Below, one piece after another: positions 19,569-27,066 of a stretch of 64,000 nt of DNA; positions within the stretch are counted from its first letter, which is position 1, and the number at the start of each line of letters is the position of its first letter. Source of the DNA: Ignavibacteriaceae bacterium (GTDB lineage Bacteria; Bacteroidota; Ignavibacteria; Ignavibacteriales; Ignavibacteriaceae); contig DATFMR010000098.1 in NCBI GenBank assembly GCA_035266865.1, forward strand, positions 3,952-67,951. Reading direction: 5' to 3'. Under the pieces are notes generated by a model. That model saw only the letters and a program-made list of their open reading frames with translations. It was not told where the DNA came from and did no database searches. Both the position numbers and the translations under genes were made by a program.

Positions 19569-19894
19569 TTTCTCCCCGTTTTCTTTTAGGCTGAGTGGAA
19601 TCTAACCCAAATTCTGGCAAATCCCAAACCGTTTACTAACTGAAACCTGCCGTTGGATAACTCAAATGACACAAATCTGGGAAAACAGGACCGAAACCGC
19701 GCGAATTCAGGTTTAAAGCATATTCGGAAGAGACGCTCAAATTTCACCCAAAAGAGGGAAGTTGCAGGCCGATATGAGGCAAATATAAATAAGAAAATTA
19801 ATTGACGGGACAGACCTTTCAGGGGAGAGGTTATCCCGATTCATTTAATACTTTTAAAATAGTAACTGTTAATTAACCAAAAATATAATTAAAG

Positions 19895-20260
19895 ATGAAA
19901 TCACATACCAGAAGAGCGGTTGCACTAATATCTGCTACTATTATCAATAAACAGACATATTCTTTAATACAGAATATTGAAAATTATGAATTTCATAAAC
20001 TTTCGTGCAATATCCTTCCTACAATGATTGATGCCTATGATGATGAAATGAAATGTTTTATAAAGGGGAACATTAAAGAAGATAAGATTTCTATTTACCA
20101 TTTCGGTAATGCCAATTATATTGATCTAAAAATAAATAATAATCACTTTGAAGGTTTTGATTATGATTCAGTAACTGATTTTACAGGGGACTTGAACGAC
20201 GATCAAATTTCGTTAAATGATCATGAATACCAAAAGGTTTTTGAGTATTTAGTGAAATAG
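19895..20260 (+). CDS. hypothetical protein
   Basis: 121-aa acidic ORF with no signal peptide. No motif recognised. Confidence 0.45.
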   Translation: MKSHTRRAVALISATIINKQTYSLIQNIENYEFHKLSCNILPTMIDAYDDEMKCFIKGNIKEDKISIYHFGNANYIDLKINNNHFEGFDYDSVTDFTGDLNDDQISLNDHEYQKVFEYLVK

Positions 20261-20693
20261 TAGGAATATTTGTTAAATCTATTTCATATTTAATGACCAG
20301 TGCTTTCAACTAAGACAGATACAAGAGAAAGATTTAAATAAACAAGATAATCTTGATTATTAAAATGGGACTTATAATATTTTGATTATATACAAATCAA
20401 AAGAAATTTTATTAAACTACATTAAAAGAGCATTAAAGTAATAATTAAATTGACAATATTATTCCAGATTTTTAGCTTCAAGTTTTTCAACAAAGTCCAT
20501 TCACACCTTCAATATTCCTTAATATTAAATAATATTATTAAATTAAGGATTTTTAGACAACCGACAGTTTGGTTTTGAAATATAGCAATATTAATATCAT
20601 TTTAAGGATAAAATTTATTCATTAGTAAAAATTTCAAATAAAATAATTAACTTCTACATAGTATTTATTTTAAATATTTTAATAAGCAATAAT

Positions 20694-21425
20694 ATGTTTA
20701 TGAAAAAAAGTACAAAAGTATTTTTATCCTTATTTTATATTGTTTTTACAATTTCCGGATTTTCCCAGGATATTGCTAATAAAGAAAGCAGGGGAACAAG
20801 AACGATATTCCTGATCCGGCACGGCGAATATTCCTCCCAAATGGACAATAAATCGGATGCAGGAAAAAGACTCACTCCTCTCGGAATTGCACAAGCCAGG
20901 TTGGTTTCTGCAAGGTTAAAAGCAATGAATACAAAATTCAATTCTCTTATCAGCAGCACTATGACAAGAGCAAGGGAAACAGCGGAAGTTATAAACCGTG
21001 ATTTCCCGGAAATGAAGCTCGAACAATCTGATCTAATAAGAGAATGCACTCCGCCTACGTGGAGAAATGATATTATGGCGGACAGAGATTCAACAGATAT
21101 TGGTTGTGTCGAAAATCTAGAAAGAGCATTCAAAAAATACTTTGTCCCTTCTCCGGATGGTAAAGATCGTAATGATATAATAGTCTGCCACGGAAATGTG
21201 ATTAGATATTTTGTGACAAAGGTATTAAAAGTCGATGAAATGTCGTGGTTGCAGATGAGTATTTCCAATTGCAGTTTGACAATCGTAAGGATCTTACCCG
21301 ATGAAAGAATGAAACTGGATGTATTCAGCGATTACGGACACATTCCGGAAAATATGAGAACATTTACGGGCGGCGAGAATAAGTCAAAAGAGCTATTGAT
21401 AAATAAGGAGAATATCCACCACTAA
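20694..21425 (+). CDS. exported histidine phosphatase superfamily (phosphoglycerate mutase-like) protein
   Basis: Signal peptide (KKSTKVFLSLFYIVFTISGFSQ), catalytic LIRHGE and a distal CHGNVIRY histidine. Confidence 0.75.
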   Translation: MFMKKSTKVFLSLFYIVFTISGFSQDIANKESRGTRTIFLIRHGEYSSQMDNKSDAGKRLTPLGIAQARLVSARLKAMNTKFNSLISSTMTRARETAEVINRDFPEMKLEQSDLIRECTPPTWRNDIMADRDSTDIGCVENLERAFKKYFVPSPDGKDRNDIIVCHGNVIRYFVTKVLKVDEMSWLQMSISNCSLTIVRILPDERMKLDVFSDYGHIPENMRTFTGGENKSKELLINKENIHH

Positions 21426-21493
21426 AATTCATTTACTAATTCCGTCTAGTCCATCAGATTAAAACCTTCAAAACTGCCAAATTTTCAATTTTG

Positions 21494-21513
21494 CTCCGTA
21501 TTAATACTGATTC
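21494..21513 (+). promoter_or_regulatory. repeat element copy C (CTCCGTATTAATACTGATTC)
   Basis: Exact 20-mer ending 56 nt upstream of ATG 21570. An AAGGGAG SD lies between them. Confidence 0.75.
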
Positions 21514-21569
21514 CTTTTACATATATGAGTAATATATTTTACAGACTTAATTATCCAAGGGAGTGAAGT

Positions 21570-21800
21570 ATGAGAGAGTTTATAATTAAAAAACAACTGG
21601 AGCATTTTATTTTGGATAAATTTGTTAATTTCGAGGAGTATCAGGATAAGTTTTACTTGAAAAAGAGAATCCAGGAAATTGTACCCGGGAAAAATGATGA
21701 TATAGTGTACCGGGCGATTGAAGAGGCAAATACCGTTTTAAAACCGCCGCGGAAAAGAACTGATTACATCAGAGTATTGCTGGAGAATCTTCAAATTTAA
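21570..21800 (+). CDS. small hypothetical protein, first gene of the HK/RR operon
   Basis: 76-aa ORF with an SD (AAGGGAG). It ends 16 nt before the kinase start. Confidence 0.5.
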   Translation: MREFIIKKQLEHFILDKFVNFEEYQDKFYLKKRIQEIVPGKNDDIVYRAIEEANTVLKPPRKRTDYIRVLLENLQI

Positions 21801-21816
21801 TTTGGAAAAATTCTAA

Positions 21817-22983
21817 ATGAATTTTGATAGTCTTATAGATATTTTTTTTGACGCAAATAACCCAATATTTTTCGCACTCTTATTTACTTTTATTTTAGCG
21901 ATTACTTTTTATCTGATTCACAAGTATGTACGCCTTCCTGATATACAAAAGCATAAGCTCGAACTAAATGAAGCCGAATTAAGAAATGCGCGCGTTATGG
22001 CAATGTTCGCAGAGCTTGATCCTGATCCTTTGATAAGAATTGACCCGGATGGAATAATAATAAAAACCAATGATGCCGCAAAAAGATTTTTTGAAAATCC
22101 TGTAACTGAAAACACAAATATTAATAAAATTTTACCGGGTATAGATTTTTCAATTTACGATTTTGTTTACGGAGATAAATCTGAAATAATTTATAACAAA
22201 ATAGGGGAGAGATATTATTCAATATCAATAAAAGGAATTTCATATCTGCATATTGCACAGCTTTACTTTAATGACCTAACAGATAGAATAAAATTTGAAA
22301 AGGAATTAAAATTATCACAGGAACAACTGAAAGAATTGATTAATTATGAACAGAATATGATTGAGGACGAGCGAAAAAGACTTGCAATGGAACTTCACGA
22401 TGGAATCGGACAGGATCTGGTTGTAATGAAAATGAGCGCTTCAAATGCGCTTGAAAAAGCAAAGAACAATGAAGATATTCAGTATTATAAAAAGCTCTTA
22501 AATTCACTGGATAATACAATTAATAATTTAAAAGGTGTTTTGTACGATCTGAAACCGAGAGTACTTGAGGAACTTGGATTAGAAGCAGCAATTAAGACAA
22601 TGAGCAAAAAAATTACTGCCGAATCAGGTATTACAAGCCACGTAAATTTTAGTGGCTTAAATGAGAGGCTTGATGAAAAACAGGAAACGACCATTTACAG
22701 AATAGTTCAGGAAGCCTTAAATAATATTGTAAAACATTCTGGGGCTAAAGAATATGATATAAACCTGTTTTCCAGGGATGGGAAAATTAAAATAATAATT
22801 TCAGATGACGGCACCGGGTTCGAAACGGAAGGGAATAACTTTTCTACTTCCGGATTTGGCCTGAGAGGAATTAAAGAAAGGGTTGAAAATAATCAGGGTA
22901 CTTTCAATATTGAATCTTCAAAAGACTCAGGCACAGAAATTATGGTTGAACTGCCTAAGAGAGAGAAGCAAAATGAAAAATGA
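21817..22983 (+). CDS. sensor histidine kinase, HisKA_3 (NarX/DegS-like) class
   Basis: One N-terminal TM helix, a PAS-like region, the H-box ELHDGIGQDL and HATPase_c (EALNNIVKHS, DDGTGF, GFGLRGI). Confidence 0.85.
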   Translation: MNFDSLIDIFFDANNPIFFALLFTFILAITFYLIHKYVRLPDIQKHKLELNEAELRNARVMAMFAELDPDPLIRIDPDGIIIKTNDAAKRFFENPVTENTNINKILPGIDFSIYDFVYGDKSEIIYNKIGERYYSISIKGISYLHIAQLYFNDLTDRIKFEKELKLSQEQLKELINYEQNMIEDERKRLAMELHDGIGQDLVVMKMSASNALEKAKNNEDIQYYKKLLNSLDNTINNLKGVLYDLKPRVLEELGLEAAIKTMSKKITAESGITSHVNFSGLNERLDEKQETTIYRIVQEALNNIVKHSGAKEYDINLFSRDGKIKIIISDDGTGFETEGNNFSTSGFGLRGIKERVENNQGTFNIESSKDSGTEIMVELPKREKQNEK

Positions 22984-23659
22984 AAAAAACATAAGAATTT
23001 TACTTGGTGATGATCATTCGTTATTGAGAGAAGGAATTACCAGCATACTACAGAACGAAAAAGATCTATTTATCGTGGGAGAAGCTGAAAACGGCGTTGA
23101 ACTAGTAGATAAATATTTTAAGCTAAAACCGGATATAGTTATTACGGATATTACAATGCCTAAAATGTCCGGAACAGATGCTTCTAAAAAGATAAAAAGA
23201 AAAGAACCGGAGGCTAAAATTCTTTTCTTATCGATGCACGAAGGTGAAGAATACATTTATTACACTTATAAAGCAGGGGGTTCGGGACTTGTTAACAAAA
23301 ATATAATTAAGGGAGAGCTCATTTTTGCTATAAGGAAAGTCCTTAACGGTGAGTTTTATTTTGGCCCGGATATAGATTCAAATATTTTAGGTAAAATTAT
23401 TGAAAGCTACAGCAGCGATTATAATTATTTAAAGAATAAATACAATTTAGATATTTCAGAAAGAGAGGTTGATGTATTGCATTTAATAGGAGATGGCTTA
23501 TCAAGCACAGAAATTGCTGATAAACTAGGAGTAGGGAAAAGGACAATAGATACTCACAGGATAAACCTTATGCAGAAATTAAATTTAAAAAACCTTCCGG
23601 CACTTATCAGGTTTGCAGTAAATTTTAACCAGGAATTTAAAGACAAACCTACTCACTAA
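22973..23659 (+). CDS. NarL/LuxR-family response regulator
   Basis: REC domain (LLGDDH, ITDITMP) plus a LuxR HTH (LSEREVDVLHLIGDGLSSTEIADKLGVGKRTIDTHR). ATG 22973 overlaps the kinase stop by 11 nt. Confidence 0.9.
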   Translation: MKNEKNIRILLGDDHSLLREGITSILQNEKDLFIVGEAENGVELVDKYFKLKPDIVITDITMPKMSGTDASKKIKRKEPEAKILFLSMHEGEEYIYYTYKAGGSGLVNKNIIKGELIFAIRKVLNGEFYFGPDIDSNILGKIIESYSSDYNYLKNKYNLDISEREVDVLHLIGDGLSSTEIADKLGVGKRTIDTHRINLMQKLNLKNLPALIRFAVNFNQEFKDKPTH

Positions 23660-23673
23660 GTAGTAATACTTAG
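23651..23673 (-). promoter_or_regulatory. repeat element copy E (reverse strand CTAAGTATTACTACTTAGTGAGT)
   Basis: 20/23 identical to copy A but inverted. It overlaps the last two codons and the stop of the response regulator. It is also self-complementary (CTAAGTA-gtaa-TACTTAG). Confidence 0.65.
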
Positions 23674-23741
23674 GCAACTGATATAGTAACTTTAAATATG
23701 CTCATTTTGGGCTACAATCAACGATTTTAAAATTTAACACA

Positions 23742-23761
23742 CTCCGTATTAATACTGATTC
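23742..23761 (+). promoter_or_regulatory. repeat element copy D (CTCCGTATTAATACTGATTC)
   Basis: Exact 20-mer ending 73 nt upstream of ATG 23835. Confidence 0.75.
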
Positions 23762-23834
23762 ATTTTCTAAGCTTATCCAATAGATTCATCATGGCTTAAA
23801 TAACTATTTTCCTAACAAATAAAGGAAAACGGCC

Positions 23835-24272
23835 ATGAATCACACCTTTAAGACAACCGCATTTTTTCTATTCTTTTTTCTTTTCTCCACCGGCACATCG
23901 TTCAGCCAGAATTACGGACAGATATTTTCTAAATCGGAAGCAAACCAGGATTTTGGAGCAGTAACAAGTACAATAACAATTACTACTTCACAGCTTCAAA
24001 ACGTTTTAAATAAAACTGCAAATGTTTTGATGTTTAGAATTAAAGATAGTAATTTATTGGTGCTCGGAGATGATAGGAATGTTTTGTATGGTTCTACCGA
24101 ATCAATTCCTCCGGCAGATGTTTACAAAGTTTACAGTAAATCTAAAATTAATGAATTAATTAAATCCGGCGGAACAAATACAGTATTCATTGAACAGAGA
24201 GAGAATGCATTAACAATTACAATTGGAGAATACACTTTAGAAATGGGTGCGGATTGTCCTCCATGGTGTTAA
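23835..24272 (+). CDS. secreted hypothetical protein with C-terminal CPPWC
   Basis: Signal peptide TTAFFLFFFLFSTGTSFSQ. 145 aa. The only two Cys are in the terminal ADCPPWC. Confidence 0.55.
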   Translation: MNHTFKTTAFFLFFFLFSTGTSFSQNYGQIFSKSEANQDFGAVTSTITITTSQLQNVLNKTANVLMFRIKDSNLLVLGDDRNVLYGSTESIPPADVYKVYSKSKINELIKSGGTNTVFIEQRENALTITIGEYTLEMGADCPPWC

Positions 24273-24279
24273 TAATTTT

Positions 24280-24858
24280 ATGACATTTGAATATTTAGCA
24301 ACTTATTTAAACTCATTTGCATATATTCTTCCGCCATTCCGTCAATATGGCGGAAGATATTTCATTTATTTTGTTGTACTTGCGTTGGGAAATCCATTCA
24401 TAGTTCTTCTTGCAGAAACCAACCACATAAATCCCAACTATTCAATTTGCATGGTAGCATGGGCAGCATTTGTATCAATTATTGATAAAAAATGGATAAA
24501 AGAGAGAGCCCTATACTTCATAATTTTGACCTTGTTATTATATTTCGGAGTATTCTATTTAGAACATACAGTTGTACGAATTATAATCATAACTCTTAAT
24601 TTTTTTATATTGTTTCATTTTATAAAAGAAGCAGCCAAATATTATGGTGAAAATTATTCGCTTCATTCCGGATTCTTTATTCTTGCATTATATGAAATTG
24701 GCATAATTTCAAAATTATACCTTATTGTAAGCAACATTAAGCTGGGAGTAGCTTATTTCTACCTGACCGATCTTTTTGAAATACTTATAGCAATTTTCTT
24801 CACTTTTTATAAAGTCGAAAATTCACCAATAATCAGGTTTAAAAAAGTTGAAAAGTGA
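24280..24858 (+). CDS. hypothetical polytopic membrane protein
   Basis: About 6 hydrophobic helices. ATG 24280 lies 8 nt after the preceding stop; the track start 24247 overlaps the upstream gene. Confidence 0.5.
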   Translation: MTFEYLATYLNSFAYILPPFRQYGGRYFIYFVVLALGNPFIVLLAETNHINPNYSICMVAWAAFVSIIDKKWIKERALYFIILTLLLYFGVFYLEHTVVRIIIITLNFFILFHFIKEAAKYYGENYSLHSGFFILALYEIGIISKLYLIVSNIKLGVAYFYLTDLFEILIAIFFTFYKVENSPIIRFKKVEK

Positions 24859-24995
24859 AAATACACATTTGCCCCCATAATTGAATAATATCAATAATAC
24901 AAGCTTAATAATTATTTCTGGATTTTATTAATAAGAATTATTCTTTAGTTTTGTAGAAACCTTTCTATATTAATTTAATTATTGCCGATTATATA

Positions 24996-26477
24996 ATGAA
25001 AATAGTATTATCAGATAAACCTAAATGTTTTTGCGGGATATTCGGAATATATGGGACACCCACTGCTTCAGTTAAAACCTATTACGGTCTTCATGCATTA
25101 CAGCATAGGGGACAAGAAGCAACAGGAATTGTAACTCGCGATTTAAATGAACGTGGTAAATCAATTTTTAATATACATAAAGGCGAGGGGCTTGTTTCCG
25201 AAGTTTATTCGGATGCTCAAATATTAAAAAAAAACCTTACCGGAAATTCTGCTATCGGACATAACAGGTATTCTACTACGGGTTCGTCAGAATCACTTAA
25301 TAATATTCAGCCATTTGTTGTAAACTACAGATTAGGTAATCTGGCAGTTGCCCATAACGGAAACTTAACAAATGCAAAAGAACTTCGTGAGGAACTTGTT
25401 AATGAAGGAGCAATTTTTCAAACAACAACAGATACAGAAGTTATACTCCATTTGATTGCACGTAGCAAATTAAACAATCAGGTTGAAGGAATAAAAGAAG
25501 CACTTTCTAAACTTGAAGGTGCCTATTGCCTGACAATTATTACTGACACCTCTGTAATTGCAGCACGTGACCCTTATGGGTTCAGACCGCTTTCTCTTGG
25601 TAAAATTGGTGATTCATTTTTAATAGCTTCAGAGACTTGCGCCTTTGATATTTTATCGGCTGAATTTATACGTGAAGTTACACCCGGTGAAATGATGATT
25701 ATCGACGATGAAGCAATAGCTAATAGGCAAGTAAAGTCAATTTCCCTGGCAAAGGTTCAAACTCCTAAAAAACACTGCATTTTTGAATTTATTTATTTTT
25801 CTCGTCCTGACAGTTTTATCTTTGGTCATAATGTTGACAAAATGAGACGCAGACTGGGAAAAATACTTGCAAAAAACCACCCAGTAATGGATAAGGATGG
25901 AGAGAAAGTTATAGTTATTAGCGTTCCTGATAGTTCAAATACTTGCGCAATTGGATATCAGAAACAACTTGATAATGACGGCATTCCTTCACGTCTTGAA
26001 ATTGGATTGATACGAAGTCATTACATTGGAAGAACATTCATCCAGCCCGGCCAGGAAAAGCGCGAAATCGGGGTCCGCATAAAATTTAATATTGTAAAAG
26101 GTGTGCTGGAAGGTAGAACAGTTGTAGTGGTTGATGATTCAATTGTTCGTGGAACAACTTCAAAACAGCTTGTAAATTTAATTAAAGAAGCCGGCCCTAA
26201 GGAAATACATTTCAGAATCTCTTCACCACCTATTAAAAATCCCTGTTATTATGGCATGGATTTTCCCAGCAGGGAAGAGCTAATTGCAAATAAGCACAAC
26301 AATATTGAAGATATTGGAAAATACCTTGGTGTTGACAGTTTGGAATATCTGACAATAGATGAAATGTTGGAAACTGTCAGAGAAGAAAATCCTTCCAACT
26401 ATTGCACTGCCTGTTTCTCCGGTATTTATCCTACCGAAGTGGACGTCAATTTCAAAAAAGAGATGTACGAACTATAA
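24996..26477 (+). CDS. purF: amidophosphoribosyltransferase
   Basis: Short propeptide followed by the catalytic CGIFGIYG, a PRPP-binding VVVVDDSIVRGTT motif and C-terminal Cys ligands. Confidence 0.95.
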   Translation: MKIVLSDKPKCFCGIFGIYGTPTASVKTYYGLHALQHRGQEATGIVTRDLNERGKSIFNIHKGEGLVSEVYSDAQILKKNLTGNSAIGHNRYSTTGSSESLNNIQPFVVNYRLGNLAVAHNGNLTNAKELREELVNEGAIFQTTTDTEVILHLIARSKLNNQVEGIKEALSKLEGAYCLTIITDTSVIAARDPYGFRPLSLGKIGDSFLIASETCAFDILSAEFIREVTPGEMMIIDDEAIANRQVKSISLAKVQTPKKHCIFEFIYFSRPDSFIFGHNVDKMRRRLGKILAKNHPVMDKDGEKVIVISVPDSSNTCAIGYQKQLDNDGIPSRLEIGLIRSHYIGRTFIQPGQEKREIGVRIKFNIVKGVLEGRTVVVVDDSIVRGTTSKQLVNLIKEAGPKEIHFRISSPPIKNPCYYGMDFPSREELIANKHNNIEDIGKYLGVDSLEYLTIDEMLETVREENPSNYCTACFSGIYPTEVDVNFKKEMYEL

Positions 26478-26507
26478 TGTAATGTTTTTCCATTCAATAT
26501 TTTTAAA

Positions 26508-27065
26508 ATGTACAAACTAAAGGAAATATTTAAAACTAAATCGAACCTGTTAAGTATGTTCAGGTTACTACTTGCTATTCCATTTTGGTTTCTAATGGAT
26601 AATCTGGGTTTAGAAACCTACAGGATTATTATTTTTTGCCTGTGCATCTTTGCCGCAATTACCGATATCCTAGATGGATATCTTGCACGTAGATTCAATG
26701 AAGTAACAGAAATGGGCAAAATAATCGATCCTCTTGCCGACAAAGTTGTGATCGCAGTTATTATTGTAAAATTATTTGTTTCCGGTGAAATTCCGGCCTA
26801 TTACTTTTGGATAATAATTTTGAGAGATGTAATAATATTTCTGGGTGGCATTTATGTTTCAAAACGTATCGGTCGCGTTTTGCCATCAAACATGCTGGGA
26901 AAAATTACTGTAGCAAGTATTGGAATTTTTATATTAATTGTTCTTGCTCAGATTGAGCATAACAATATTATTTACTTTTCCTTTTTCTATTTGAGCATAT
27001 TGTTAACTTTTGCTTCACTGACAGGATATATGATCCGGTCTGTTGAATTTATGAAAAAACACTGA
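26508..27065 (+). CDS. CDP-alcohol phosphatidyltransferase family protein
   Basis: DILDGYLARRFNEVTEMGKIIDPLADK matches D(x)2DG(x)2AR...G(x)3D(x)3D. Confidence 0.85.
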   Translation: MYKLKEIFKTKSNLLSMFRLLLAIPFWFLMDNLGLETYRIIIFCLCIFAAITDILDGYLARRFNEVTEMGKIIDPLADKVVIAVIIVKLFVSGEIPAYYFWIIILRDVIIFLGGIYVSKRIGRVLPSNMLGKITVASIGIFILIVLAQIEHNNIIYFSFFYLSILLTFASLTGYMIRSVEFMKKH

Positions 27066-27066
27066 A

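Noticed and set aside
19611-19640. A possible att-like direct repeat of the tRNA-Pro 3' end (CAAATCCC...CCGTT at 19617-19634, compared with CAAATCCCGCCGTT in the tRNA).
   Set aside because: Only an 8-mer plus a 5-mer match, with a different spacer. That is expected by chance when many 8-mers are compared over about 10 kb, and no integrase is present.
19590-19665. TPP-riboswitch-like words (CTGAG, AACCC, AACCTG, GGATAA).
   Set aside because: The P4/P5 pairing (CTGG...CCAG) and the GCG-AGGGA end are absent. The spacing is wrong. No thiamine-related gene lies downstream.
21470-21495. A sigma-54-like TGCCAA...TTTGC upstream of motif copy C.
   Set aside because: It lacks the GG dinucleotide and the fixed GG-N10-GC spacing, and it is not shared by the other copies.
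22883-22972. Upstream extensions of several track ORFs: 22883 for the regulator, 17366 for the deacetylase, 24247 for the membrane protein, 9794 for the DUF5683 gene and 1856 for the RqcH-like gene.
   Set aside because: The extensions overlap the preceding gene or add non-homologous residues. Internal ATGs give canonical N-termini (a REC start, signal peptides).
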